A stretch of DNA of 64,000 bases from Gemmatimonadota bacterium (GCA_029863245.1 JAOTVV010000015.1:5280-69279), one strand, 5' to 3'; shown: positions 15,949-25,603, counted from the first letter of the stretch. Numbers and translations: made by a program. Notes: generated by a model from the sequence alone, not told the origin.

Positions 15949-18855
15949 TCATTTGGTGCGAACGATCCAGATCTGCGGCCTGGTGGCGGTGCCGAGCGGT
16001 GCGTCGACCAGGTCCCGGACTCTGATGGCCAGCGCCGGACGGCTGGCTGCCGCGGCGAGCAAGGTGTACACGGTGCTGCCGGGCCGGACCTGCTCGGTGA
16101 TCGCGAAGTTTCCAAAGGTCTGCTGCGCCGGCGCCAGTGGCGCCGCCGCGCTGCGTGAGCTCAGGACGTCGTGCACGTTCCAGCTCGCCATTTGGATGCT
16201 GGTATCGGATGCCACGCCGGGGCGACCATCCACGTAGTTCTGTGCCGCCCATCGCGCAAAGACCGAATCGAATTGCACCCCCAGAAGGGCCTCGACGTTC
16301 TGCACACCTGACAAGTCGCTCTTCGCAATCCAGTCCTTAGTGAGCGCCGTCTCACCACCCGGATAGCTCTGGCCGAACCGATCGGCCACGTACCGCTGGA
16401 ACGCCCACGAGGCTCCGTAGAACCAGAAGGGTTCGCACGGCGTGCCGCTGTTGAGCGCCTGCGTGCCGAAGAGCGTGCACTCGTCCGGCGCGTTCGCGTT
16501 CCTCACCCCGCCGCCGGCCCACCCGAAGTACCAGGCCAGGCGGTCGAAGATGAACCGGTACCACGACGCCCCTGGACCCGAGAGCGCCACCGATGCCCCG
16601 TAATCCATGCCCGGCGTGTTGCCAAGAATACTGTGCCCGACCACCTCTTCGGCCAGGGTCGCCTGCCCCTCGGCCTCCCACGTCGACAACGATCTCGACC
16701 GTCCGAGGACAACGATGCGGCGGCTCTGTTGGATGTTGTGAGTGAACTCGTGCGCGATCAGTGACGGCATCTGGAACAGCACGTTGCTCTTTTGCCGCGC
16801 TCCCATGCCGGCGACGTTGCCGGGATCGGGGACATGGCCGTAGAACAGCTCTCCCTCATCGGAGGATGCGCAGCTCGCCGCGGAAAACAGGTCGCCCGCG
16901 AACACGAACCCGGCGATCTGCCCGCTCAGGAGCTTGTTCACCTCGATCGTGAGCACGACGAACACGCGTTGGTTGATGTCGAGGTCGCTGGGCGTGCCGA
17001 AATAGGTGGTGTCGGCGGCGTAGATGTGGAGGTCGAATGTGTCACTATGCGCCTGGATCTCCGCGTCCGTCAACGAGTCGGCGGCCGGGTTGTTGAGGTC
17101 GGTCACGAAGATCCCGGCCGACCCTACCGTCTTCACCACCGCGTCGATGCCGATCGAGTCACACGCGCCCGTAGTGTTCCCCGTCCCGCCCGTGTTGTCG
17201 ATGTTCGGCACGTGGAGATGGAGCGTGTCGCCGACGTTCGGGACCGCCATGGTGGCCGCCGGGCTCCGGGCCGCCGCCGGACGCAGGGCGGCGTTCGTCG
17301 CCGGGTCCAGGAACTGCCGCTCGAATGCGCGGATCCGCTGTTCCGCCCGATCGTGGGCCACGCGGCGCTCGATCTCCTGGAGATTCACTGCCGAGGGCGC
17401 GGAGCGAACACTCCGAGGAGAGAACGCGGGAACCATCGCGACTGGCGCGGGGGCCGCCGCTCCCTGCACGGCGGTCATCGTGTACGAGAGGGTGAGCGTG
17501 GGGGATTCGGCGGCCGCTCCAACGCCGACCAGATACTCGTTTCCTCCCGTCGAGGACGGAGCGAACTGGAGACAGAAGCTCGTCGGGTCCTGGACCAGCA
17601 TCATCTCGCCGGGCGCGAGAGCCAGCAGGCTGGCAGGACGCACCGGGTGGCTCACCGTGTTGCTGTTGGTCCCGCCGACCGTGACCTGCACATTGACGGT
17701 ACGGACCGGCTGACATGCAAAGGTCGGGACTGTGATCCCAAGGGTCGTCGCCGTGGCCGACGTCACGGTCGCCTGCAGCCCACCGATCGTCACCGTGTTG
17801 TTGGCCGGCGTCGTGCTAAAGCCCGTGCCGGTGAGGGTGGCCGAAGCCCCTTCCACCATCGTGTCGGGGCTGACGGCCGCGACGGACAGGTTGCTACCCG
17901 TTGCGGTGAAGGTCACGGGATCGCCCTTGAGGCCGGCGGCGCTGGCCTCGACGGACTGCGAACCGAGCGTGGCCCCGATGGTCCAGGTCGTGGACGCCTC
18001 ACCGTTCGCGCCGGTCTGAACGTTGGTCGGGTTCACCGACCCGCTGCCGGCGGCAGGCGTGAACACGACGTCCGCGCCCGCAACGCCGTTGGCGTACTGG
18101 TCGATGACCTTCACCACGAGGGGGGCGGGAAGCGCCGCACCCACGGTGCCAGTCTGCGCATTGCCGGACGCGGCGAAGACCGAGTCTGCGGCGGCCGCGG
18201 TGGCGGTGGCGCCAAACTGCGCGGTAGTGGTGCCACCGGCCGGCGTCGCGGTGACGGTATGCGCGCCCGCCGCCGTTCCAAAGGTCCACTGGGCGGCCAC
18301 GCGTCCCCCTGCACCGGTGGCCGCGCTCCCCGGCGAGACACTCCCGCCAGAGGCCGACGCGGCGAAGGCCACGCTCACCCCTGCGATCGCGTTCCCCCGG
18401 CTGTCATTGACGATGAGCACCAGGGAATCGGCAAGGACGGTTACCACCGGCGCGGTCTGCGCATCGCCGGACAGCTTCTGTAGCTGGGCCGCCCGCTGGG
18501 CCACCGTGACGCTCGCCTGCCCGTTCGCCACTCCCGACGACGCCGTGACCGTCGCCGACCCGTTGGCGACGGCGGTAACGACGCCACTCGCGCTCACCGA
18601 GGCGACGGCCGGGCTCGACGAGGTCCAGGACACCGATGCGCCCGACATGATGTTGCCGTTCTGATCCCGGACGGTGGCCGATAAGGCATCGGTCGCGCCG
18701 AGCGCATCCAGGGCCACCGTGGCCTTGTTGAGCGTGAGCGTTGTCGGCACCGGATTGGGCCCGGTCCCGCCGCTCTCGGAACAGGCCAGCTGCACAGTCA
18801 CGCTCAGCACGAGGCCGAGCACGGCGAGACGAAGCAGGGGGAATGAACGCGTCAC
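15949..18855 (-). CDS. Secreted/lipid-anchored zinc metalloprotease with N-terminal tandem Ig-like (Big_2/IPT) repeats
   Basis: Lipoprotein signal MTRSFPLLRLAVLGLVLSVTVQLACS. Several ~80-90-aa Ig-like repeats follow (ATVTASSGVANGQASVTV, HTVTATPAGG, SVEASAAGLKGDPVTFTA, NTVTIGGLQATV). The C-terminal catalytic region carries an HExxH site (SLIAHEFTHNIQ) followed by STWEAEGQATLAEE, a gluzincin-like third ligand resembling M30/hyicolysin. Confidence 0.75.
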   Translation of the reverse strand: MTRSFPLLRLAVLGLVLSVTVQLACSESGGTGPNPVPTTLTLNKATVALDALGATDALSATVRDQNGNIMSGASVSWTSSSPAVASVSASGVVTAVANGSATVTASSGVANGQASVTVAQRAAQLQKLSGDAQTAPVVTVLADSLVLIVNDSRGNAIAGVSVAFAASASGGSVSPGSAATGAGGRVAAQWTFGTAAGAHTVTATPAGGTTTAQFGATATAAAADSVFAASGNAQTGTVGAALPAPLVVKVIDQYANGVAGADVVFTPAAGSGSVNPTNVQTGANGEASTTWTIGATLGSQSVEASAAGLKGDPVTFTATGSNLSVAAVSPDTMVEGASATLTGTGFSTTPANNTVTIGGLQATVTSATATTLGITVPTFACQPVRTVNVQVTVGGTNSNTVSHPVRPASLLALAPGEMMLVQDPTSFCLQFAPSSTGGNEYLVGVGAAAESPTLTLSYTMTAVQGAAAPAPVAMVPAFSPRSVRSAPSAVNLQEIERRVAHDRAEQRIRAFERQFLDPATNAALRPAAARSPAATMAVPNVGDTLHLHVPNIDNTGGTGNTTGACDSIGIDAVVKTVGSAGIFVTDLNNPAADSLTDAEIQAHSDTFDLHIYAADTTYFGTPSDLDINQRVFVVLTIEVNKLLSGQIAGFVFAGDLFSAASCASSDEGELFYGHVPDPGNVAGMGARQKSNVLFQMPSLIAHEFTHNIQQSRRIVVLGRSRSLSTWEAEGQATLAEEVVGHSILGNTPGMDYGASVALSGPGASWYRFIFDRLAWYFGWAGGGVRNANAPDECTLFGTQALNSGTPCEPFWFYGASWAFQRYVADRFGQSYPGGETALTKDWIAKSDLSGVQNVEALLGVQFDSVFARWAAQNYVDGRPGVASDTSIQMASWNVHDVLSSRSAAAPLAPAQQTFGNFAITEQVRPGSTVYTLLAAAASRPALAIRVRDLVDAPLGTATRPQIWIVRTK

Positions 18856-19029
18856 GGGTCGAATACCTCGCTGTGGGGTCGCTGGGGCGCCTTCCTATGG
18901 TACGACGGCTGCCGCCGACAAACAACGCATGTTACCTGCTGCGGCGGGACCGGCTCCGTGACCCGGCGCACGCCGGACACACACTGATGCCCTCCCCTCC
19001 CCGGCACCGCATCATTAGTCTAGACACCT

Positions 19030-19506
19030 ATGTCCCTTCGCTCGAAGGCCATTCGGAGCTGGCACCACCTGGCGCTCGGCGTCGGGATGCTGGCGGCGGC
19101 CGGGTGCGGCAACCGCCCGGCGTCCGAGGAGACCGCTCCGCGCGCTGCCGTCGACCTCAAGGGGTCGTGGGAGTTGGACGTCCAGCCGCCCGCCGACAAC
19201 CCGACGTTCCGACCCTGGCTCACAGTAGCGATCGATTCCGTGAGCGACGGCATCCTCCACGGACGGCTGCAGCACTACCTCGTCGGCAACATGGGCATCG
19301 ACACCAACGAGTTCACGCACTTCGACGGCCAACTGGGCCAAGGCGATACGGTGCGGATCGACATCCGCCATGCGGATCCCTCATTCTTGGGGCTCAGATT
19401 CGTCGGGCAGGTCGCGGGTGACACCATCCGCCTAGACACCCTGGCGGTGGGACCTCAGATCCTGGTCGGGAACGGCACGCAGTGGCTGCTGGTCCGCCGC
19501 CGCTGA
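19030..19506 (+). CDS. Lipoprotein of unknown function
   Basis: Signal plus lipobox (ALGVGMLAAAGCG). 158 aa with no recognisable domain and a coding-like composition. It lies between the two protease operons. Confidence 0.6.
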   Translation: MSLRSKAIRSWHHLALGVGMLAAAGCGNRPASEETAPRAAVDLKGSWELDVQPPADNPTFRPWLTVAIDSVSDGILHGRLQHYLVGNMGIDTNEFTHFDGQLGQGDTVRIDIRHADPSFLGLRFVGQVAGDTIRLDTLAVGPQILVGNGTQWLLVRRR

Positions 19507-19514
19507 GGACAGCC

Positions 19515-19916
19515 CTACTTCACCGGGAACGAGAGGCTCGACCCAAACAGCCCCATGAGTTCATAGGTCGGCAACGCGAGATCCATGAGCGTCACCGAGT
19601 ACGCGTTCTGAGCATTACGGTCCGAGACCAGGACGCGGAGCAGCGGGCCCGCCGAAAACGTGCCGGTCACAACCCCTCGCAGTTCGCGCTCGGTCGTCTG
19701 GAGGGTGAACACGCTGCAGCCCGTGCACGCCTCCGTCACGGACTCGATCGAATACGGCTCGATCGCATTGACCCGGAACATCGCCGCCCCGAGGCTCGAG
19801 TGCGGGGTGGTGAGCTCGGCAACGATCTCGCCGGACTTGGGACCCGAGTCGCAGGAGCCGACGAGCACCGCGGCAACGAGGACCGCAGCCAGCCGACGCG
19901 TTCCACGGCGGTTCAT
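19515..19916 (-). CDS. Small lipoprotein of unknown function (coupled to upstream M6 protease)
   Basis: ATG 19916 overlaps the M6 protease stop (ATGA at 19913-19916). Signal plus lipobox MNRRGTRRLAAVLVAAVLVGSCDS. 133 aa. The longer 255-aa track ORF prefix is an out-of-frame overlap. Confidence 0.6.
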   Translation of the reverse strand: MNRRGTRRLAAVLVAAVLVGSCDSGPKSGEIVAELTTPHSSLGAAMFRVNAIEPYSIESVTEACTGCSVFTLQTTERELRGVVTGTFSAGPLLRVLVSDRNAQNAYSVTLMDLALPTYELMGLFGSSLSFPVK

Positions 19917-22423
19917 GGCCGTTCTCCTCCTTCGCGCCCCAACTGGACCGCGAGCTCCGGCGCCACGCTCTGTCCTGTCGCATTCACCCAGGCCAGAAAA
20001 TCTCCCACATCCGCCCGTCCATTGCGGTTCCCGAGCAGGTCGAGGTACGCAATATCGTCCGCGGTAAGGGGACGGGCGGACGTCACGAGGTGCGAGAGCA
20101 CGTCCGCCATCGCAAGTGCCGGGGCACTCACCTCGAGCTGAACGTCGGCGGCTTGCGTTTGGGAGCCCGACACCACCGTCAAGGTGAGGGGGAACGTGCC
20201 GGTTTCCGCCGGCCGGCCCTGCAGCTCGCCGCTCTGGCCGAGAACCAGGCCCTGCGGGAGAGTCCCGGCAGTCACGCTCCACACGTGGGCTCCCGTGCCG
20301 CCCACTGCCTGGAGCTGGACGCGGTACACGGCGCCCATCACGGCGGCCGGAAGACTCGACGACGAAACGGTGAGCGGCGCCGCAAACGTCGCGGTCAGCT
20401 GAAACGGACGGGTCACGTCGAGTTGCAGCGTGTCCGCCATTGCACTGGTGTCGCCCGACCAGCCCTCGAAGACGTGCGCCGGACCGGTCGGCTCAGCAAT
20501 CAGCGTGACGGCCGTCCCGGCGATCACGAACTCGCCCGCGGCGAGGTCCAATGTCGGCTGTGCCGTCACCACCCCGCTCCCGGTACCGCCAGCGGCCACG
20601 GCCACGCGATGCTCAGCCCGAACCGTGGCGATGATGGAGTCACCCGCCGCGGACGCCGTGAACGTGTGCGAGCGATCCTGCCCGTTCGACCACGACAACC
20701 AGGCGTAGCGGGTCTGTCCGGTCCCCGCCAGCTGGACCGAATCCATTTCGAGCGCATGCTGGGACCCGGCGGGGAGGCACGCCTTGAAGCTCGCGTATGA
20801 CGTCCCGTCCACGCGGAGCACGGCGGCCGTGTCGCTCGCCTGCACCACCGATGGCCGATGGAGGCATAGGCGCGCTACCATTCCCAGCGACGCGGGCACC
20901 TGGTAGATCGAATCCACCATGATGTAGGTCGGTGTCCCGTCGTTGCGGGCGCTCGGCGGATTCGTGTTCAGCCCGAACACGCGCCTCAGCGTGCTGCCGG
21001 GGAACGGATCGCCGGAGTCTCCGCGATGGCTCGAGCCGTTCAACATGTCGTTGCGGCCGTCGGCCTGCTCCAGCGCGAGCGCATGCGGCAGCGAGGCGTT
21101 CACGTAGTTGCCTCGGGTGCGCATCAGCACGGAATCGACGTGCCAAATGAGCAGGCCCGGCGCGTGGAGGGCCGAGTCGGAGCCGAGTTGCTGGCGGTTC
21201 TCGAGCAGGAAATACTCGTTCGAGCTCGTGATCGGCACCACGTACACCGTGTCGGAGGCCTGCACCGGGGTGATTTGGAATGTCGTGTCGGCCGCGATCA
21301 GAACCTCAGACACCCAACCGAGCTGGGCGCGGGACCACGCCTCCATGTGGGCCGGTCGGTGGGCCCTGTTCCAGTTCCCCGACCCCATGAGCCCCCAGTG
21401 CCCGATGCCGGCAGAGTTCCCGAGCACGTCGTAGAGGTCGGGCAGGCCAAGGATGTGCCCCGTCTCGTGGGCGACTACGCCCATGGCCTGCGGCTCGCCA
21501 CCCGTGCATCCTCCGTCGCCCCCCTGGCCCCCTTGGATGATGTAGTCACGGATCTTGACCATCCCGCCACCGACCGCATTGGATGGATCGCCGGTGGAGA
21601 CATCGGGGCTCACCACATACTTGTGGGCCCAGATGTTGTTCTCCGAAGTCGGGGTGATGTTCTTGCAGGCTCCATCGACCTCCGGGTGCATGAGCACGAT
21701 GGCATCGACAAAGCCGTCATCGTCCCCGGAGTTGGGGACGCCATCGGGGCCATCGTTGTCGAAGGTCCCGAAGTCAACGCTGTCGTCATGTGCCGCGACG
21801 AGTTCCTGCACCATCGACCGCAATTGGGATTGCGCGCACAGCCCGTTGCAGCCTGCCTCGTAGTACGTATCGGGTTGCGAGACCCGGGTCCAATCGAACA
21901 CGCTGCCGGTCACGAGCAGCCTGTCGTTCGACAGCTCGCGGTAATAGGTGTGGATCGAGTACGGCGGGGCCGGACTGGTGCCGTACAGCCGGTCGGCGAG
22001 GGCCTGCCGCGGCACCACGCTTTGGAGCACGGCGGAGTCGGTGTTGGCGTACATCACGAGAAACACCGGCACCCGCAGCTCGCCGCCGTAGACTCCGCTG
22101 GGGTCGAAGCCGGCGAGCGGCGCCAAGCTCACCCCCGATGCTGCAGCCTGCGCCCGGAACGCGTTCCGCCGCCTGGCCACCTCGCGGCCCCGCCGGATCC
22201 AGCCGTTGTCCTCTGAGAACTGAAACGCCGTGGGATCCCGGCGCAGCATGTCGTAGTACGCAGCGGGTGGACGGGCCCCACCCAGCACGCGGCCAAGCTC
22301 CTCGACATCGGTCTGGGCGGCCGCCGGACCCGCCACGAGCAGGGCCACGACGAAGCCCGCCGCGGTCGGGCCGAGCCGCACGAGCCGGCGGCGGCCGAGC
22401 CATGGTCGATGAGCCGTTTGCAT
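19913..22423 (-). CDS. Secreted M6-family (immune inhibitor A-like) zinc metalloprotease with C-terminal Ig-like/beta-repeat modules
   Basis: Signal peptide (RRRLVRLGPTAAGFVVALLVAGPAAAQ). M6 N-terminal signature HTYYRELSNDRLLVTGSVFDWTRV. Zinc site VVAHETGHILGLPDLYD. C-terminal repeat modules (HVFEGWSGD; LPAAVMGAVYRVQLQAVGGTGAHVWSV..LPQGL) and a terminal dockerin-like Ca-loop. Confidence 0.85.
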   Translation of the reverse strand: MQTAHRPWLGRRRLVRLGPTAAGFVVALLVAGPAAAQTDVEELGRVLGGARPPAAYYDMLRRDPTAFQFSEDNGWIRRGREVARRRNAFRAQAAASGVSLAPLAGFDPSGVYGGELRVPVFLVMYANTDSAVLQSVVPRQALADRLYGTSPAPPYSIHTYYRELSNDRLLVTGSVFDWTRVSQPDTYYEAGCNGLCAQSQLRSMVQELVAAHDDSVDFGTFDNDGPDGVPNSGDDDGFVDAIVLMHPEVDGACKNITPTSENNIWAHKYVVSPDVSTGDPSNAVGGGMVKIRDYIIQGGQGGDGGCTGGEPQAMGVVAHETGHILGLPDLYDVLGNSAGIGHWGLMGSGNWNRAHRPAHMEAWSRAQLGWVSEVLIAADTTFQITPVQASDTVYVVPITSSNEYFLLENRQQLGSDSALHAPGLLIWHVDSVLMRTRGNYVNASLPHALALEQADGRNDMLNGSSHRGDSGDPFPGSTLRRVFGLNTNPPSARNDGTPTYIMVDSIYQVPASLGMVARLCLHRPSVVQASDTAAVLRVDGTSYASFKACLPAGSQHALEMDSVQLAGTGQTRYAWLSWSNGQDRSHTFTASAAGDSIIATVRAEHRVAVAAGGTGSGVVTAQPTLDLAAGEFVIAGTAVTLIAEPTGPAHVFEGWSGDTSAMADTLQLDVTRPFQLTATFAAPLTVSSSSLPAAVMGAVYRVQLQAVGGTGAHVWSVTAGTLPQGLVLGQSGELQGRPAETGTFPLTLTVVSGSQTQAADVQLEVSAPALAMADVLSHLVTSARPLTADDIAYLDLLGNRNGRADVGDFLAWVNATGQSVAPELAVQLGREGGERP

Positions 22424-22498
22424 CGGATTCAGATCATACTCCTAGTCCGCCGTTAGTACCCACGTTCGCCCGCCTGGTGCCCCGAAGGCTACCATAGC

Positions 22499-23197
22499 TC
22501 AAAATCGGATGGTGTGGACAGCGAGGGCGACCCCCGTGCCGACGACCGCACCCACCACGACGTCCGACGGAAAGTGCTTGGCCGACGCGACCCGGAGTAC
22601 GCTAATCCCTACTGCCGCAGCGACCGCCGCCAGCTTCGGTGCGAGCCCCCGTTCGGGGTTGTTGAGCCAATAGCTGGTGGCCGTGGCGAAGGCGATCGCC
22701 GCGTGACCCGACGGCATCGAGCGCTGATTGATCACCTGGTTGGCCACGTCCGGCGCGACCTCTGTGTAGAGCACGGGCCGGTTCCGCCCGATCAGCGACT
22801 TGCTCAACCCGACGACGCCCATCGTCCACGCCATGGTCTCCAACTCGGTCAGCACCCGCCGCTGGCCCCGCGGGCCGAACGCGGTGTGGATCAGAGTCCC
22901 GCTGGCCAGACCCAGTATGAGCAGGTCGCTCCCGGTGGCATAGGCACGGACCGGGGGCCGGATGATCCACCGATCGAAACCCGGCACCGACCCGGGGTCG
23001 CATGGCGCACACGGAGGGGGCCCCTGGTAGTGATCCAGCAGCAGCGAAACCCCGAACACCGCCACGGCACCGCCGAACGACAAGGCTTGGTCGGTGCTTA
23101 CCCACGGGTCCCGGCCAACTTCTTGTGACGCAGCCGATTGCGCGCCACCCGCTACGAGAGTGGCTAACAGCAATAAGGAGGCGCACTTGTGCGACAC
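22499..23197 (-). CDS. PAP2-superfamily lipid phosphatase (membrane)
   Basis: All three PAP2 motifs are present: KSLIGRNRP, MPSGHAA and SAKHFPSDVVVG. Start uncertain: GTG 23197 (VSHKCASLLLLATLVAGG, signal-like) is preferred over ATG 23332, which would run into the divergent spt gene. Confidence 0.8.
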   Translation of the reverse strand: MSHKCASLLLLATLVAGGAQSAASQEVGRDPWVSTDQALSFGGAVAVFGVSLLLDHYQGPPPCAPCDPGSVPGFDRWIIRPPVRAYATGSDLLILGLASGTLIHTAFGPRGQRRVLTELETMAWTMGVVGLSKSLIGRNRPVLYTEVAPDVANQVINQRSMPSGHAAIAFATATSYWLNNPERGLAPKLAAVAAAVGISVLRVASAKHFPSDVVVGAVVGTGVALAVHTIRF

Positions 23198-23285
23198 TGT
23201 GGCGATCGGTACTATGCTACGATTCAGAACGCCCCCTCTGGGCACCAGGGTTCCCCTACCGTCTCTTTCACCGAGTCGAGGGCTC

Positions 23286-24488
23286 GTGGGTACGCAGACA
23301 TTACAACAGGTCGCGCTGTTCGAGAAGTGCAAGAACTTTACCCGGGCGCGCGAGTTCCAGGCGGCGGGCCTCTATCCCTACTTCAAGCCGATCTCGAGGG
23401 CGGAGGACACGGTCGTCGTCATCGAGGGCAAGGAGCGGGTGATGATGGGCTCCAACAACTACCTGGGACTCACGCAGCATCCCAAGGTGTTGGAGGCCGC
23501 CCGGAACGCCCTGGAGCGGTATGGCTCCGGGTGCACCGGAAGCCGTTTCCTCAACGGGACGCTCGACCTGCACGAGCTCCTGGAGATCCGTCTCGCCGAG
23601 TTCTTCGGCAAGGAAGCGGCGCTCGTGTTCTCGACCGGGTATCAGGCCAACCTCGGCCTCATTTCGGGTTTGGTCGGCCGGGGTGAGGTCGTGCTGATCG
23701 ACAAGCTCGACCATGCCTCGATCGTCGACGGCGCCCAGATGTCGTTCGGCAACACGCAACGGTTCGGGCACGGCGACCTGAAGCAGCTCGAGTTCTTGCT
23801 CCAGCGGTATCAGGATCGGGGCACCCTGGTCATCGTCGACGGCGTGTACTCGATGGAAGGGGACATCGCCGACGTGCCGTCGCTGCTCAAGTTGACGCAG
23901 CGGTACGGGGCGGCCCTGGCCGTGGACGACGCCCACTCGGTGGGTGTCCTGGGTCCGAAGGGCGACGGGACGGCGGCCCACTTCGGGCTCGCCCAGGAGG
24001 TCGAGCTGATCGTCGGGACGTTCTCGAAGTCGCTGGCGTCGATCGGTGGCTTCGTTGCCGGCTCCGAGTCGGTCATCCACTTCCTCAAGCACCATAGCCG
24101 TCCGTTGATCTTCACGGCGGCCCTGCCCCCGTCCAACACCGCGGGCGTCTTGGCGGCTCTGGAGATCCTGATTGAGGAGCCGGAGCGCCGCACCCGCCTC
24201 TGGGAGAACACTCGGCGGTTCCAGGACGGGTGTCGGAGCCTCGGCTTCGACATCGGGCACACGCAGACCCCCATCGTTCCCGTGTTGATTGGTTCGCTCG
24301 AAAGCACGTTCATGTTCTGGCGTCAGCTGTACGACGCGGGGGTCTTCACCAACCCGGTCGTGCCACCGGCCGTGCCACCCGACGAATGCCGCCTCCGGAC
24401 GAGTCTCATGGCGACGCACACGACCGACCAGATCGACACCGCCCTGGAGATCTTCGGACGGTTGGGAAAGCAATCGGGGGTCATTTGA
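23286..24488 (+). CDS. spt: Alpha-oxoamine synthase, serine palmitoyltransferase-like (PLP-dependent)
   Basis: GSNNYLGL, GSGCTGSRFLNGT, STGYQANLG, DDAHS, the PLP-lysine motif GTFSKSLASIGGFV, RLWEN, and a C-terminal ...GKQSGVI. It is collinear with Sphingomonas Spt as I remember it. Start uncertain: GTG 23286 is preferred; ATG 23214 is the alternative. The symbol is tentative. Confidence 0.8.
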   Translation: MGTQTLQQVALFEKCKNFTRAREFQAAGLYPYFKPISRAEDTVVVIEGKERVMMGSNNYLGLTQHPKVLEAARNALERYGSGCTGSRFLNGTLDLHELLEIRLAEFFGKEAALVFSTGYQANLGLISGLVGRGEVVLIDKLDHASIVDGAQMSFGNTQRFGHGDLKQLEFLLQRYQDRGTLVIVDGVYSMEGDIADVPSLLKLTQRYGAALAVDDAHSVGVLGPKGDGTAAHFGLAQEVELIVGTFSKSLASIGGFVAGSESVIHFLKHHSRPLIFTAALPPSNTAGVLAALEILIEEPERRTRLWENTRRFQDGCRSLGFDIGHTQTPIVPVLIGSLESTFMFWRQLYDAGVFTNPVVPPAVPPDECRLRTSLMATHTTDQIDTALEIFGRLGKQSGVI

Positions 24489-25603
24489 GCGATCCGGCGG
24501 TCGTGCGGCGCGTCGAGCGCGCCGCCGACCTCGACCGATTCATCGCCTTTCCATATCGCCTCCACCGGGGCGACCCGAAATGGGTCGCCCCGTTGCGAAT
24601 AGACGTCCGCACGCTGCTCTCCCGCACGAAGAACCCGTTCTTCCAACGAGCCGAGGCGGACTACTTCCTCGCCGAGCGCGGTGGCAAAGTCGTGGGGCGG
24701 ATCGCCGCGATCCACAACCGCGCCCACAACGAGTTCCACGAAGACCAAGTCGGCTTCTTCGGCTTCTTCGAATGCGGCGACGACCAGGCAGTGGCAAACA
24801 CGCTGCTCGACCATGCGGCGGCCTGGCTCAAAGAGCGCGGGCTCGACACGATGCGCGGCCCGGCGTCGTTTTCGACCAATGACGAGTGCGGCCTGCTCGT
24901 CGAGGGCTTCGAGCACCCTCCCACCGTCCTCAATCCGCACAACCCCCCGTACTACCAGCAACTCGTCGAGGGGGCGGGGTTCCGGAAATCTAAAGATCTG
25001 ATGCTGTATCAGAGCACGGGCACAGAGCTTCCGGAGCGGCTCGGGCGGGTGGCGGCGAGGGTCGCCCACCGCATGCAGATCACGCTGCGATGCCTCGACA
25101 TGAAGCGGTTCTACGAGGAAGTGGAACGCATCAAGCCGCTGTACAACCAGGCCTGGGAGAAGAACTGGGGCTTCGTGCCCATGACCGATGCCGAGATCGA
25201 CCATCTGGCCAAGCAGTTGAAACCGATCGTGGATCCCAATCTCGTCGTGTTCGCCGAGCGCAACGGGGAGCCGATCGGCTTTGCCGCCGCGATTCCGGAC
25301 ATGAACGTCGCGCTCAAGGCCAATCCGTCCGGTCGGCTCTTTCCCGGCATCCTCAAGGTGCTTTGGCGCGCACGTCGCATTTCACGGCTCCGCATCCTGC
25401 TCCTCGGGGTGATCAAGGAGTTTCGCGGCGCCGGGGCCGCCGAGTTGATGTACCATCACATCTGGACGACCGGCGTGGGGCGTGGGTACAACTGGGGTGA
25501 AGGCGGCTGGGTTCTCGAGGACAACACGCCTATGAACAAAGGACTCGAGTTCATGGGCTTCGAAGTGTACAAGCGACTCAGGATGTACGACCGCCCGTTG
25601 TGA
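24485..25603 (+). CDS. Two-lobed GNAT-fold acyl-CoA N-acyltransferase (candidate N-acyltransferase of the lipid operon)
   Basis: About 372 aa. Conserved-looking blocks are DPKWVAPL, KNPFF, VGRIAAIHN..H, VGFFGFFE, MRGPASFSTNDECGLLVEGF, PYYQQL, and the C-terminal GNAT signature FRGAGAAELMY..WVLEDNTPMNKGLEFMGF. The TTG start at 24485 overlaps the spt stop (TTGA); GTG 24503 is an alternative. Confidence 0.7.
   Translation: MSDPAVVRRVERAADLDRFIAFPYRLHRGDPKWVAPLRIDVRTLLSRTKNPFFQRAEADYFLAERGGKVVGRIAAIHNRAHNEFHEDQVGFFGFFECGDDQAVANTLLDHAAAWLKERGLDTMRGPASFSTNDECGLLVEGFEHPPTVLNPHNPPYYQQLVEGAGFRKSKDLMLYQSTGTELPERLGRVAARVAHRMQITLRCLDMKRFYEEVERIKPLYNQAWEKNWGFVPMTDAEIDHLAKQLKPIVDPNLVVFAERNGEPIGFAAAIPDMNVALKANPSGRLFPGILKVLWRARRISRLRILLLGVIKEFRGAGAAELMYHHIWTTGVGRGYNWGEGGWVLEDNTPMNKGLEFMGFEVYKRLRMYDRPL

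Noticed and set aside
16792-18483. 563-aa plus-strand ORF opposite the Big_2 metalloprotease, with neighbouring overlapping ORFs 17024-17713 and 18023-18664
   Set aside because: These are shadow ORFs. The minus-strand frame has a lipoprotein signal, Ig-like repeats and an HExxH site, whereas these frames are Arg/Gly-rich low-complexity.
21026-22216. 396-aa plus-strand ORF opposite the M6 protease
   Set aside because: It is antisense to a frame with the HETGH zinc site and the M6 N-terminal signature, and has no features of its own.
23094-23285. Long N-terminal extensions of track ORFs (23094 for spt, 24230 for the GNAT, 26067 for the PAP2-like gene, 11891 and 12097 for the BNR genes, 29842 for vWA, 27641 for the YkgJ-like gene)
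   Set aside because: The extensions overlap upstream genes or lack coding character. Internal ATG/GTG/TTG starts give proper signal peptides or family-typical N-termini and canonical 4-nt overlaps. They are simply open frames caused by the scarcity of stop codons in high-GC DNA.
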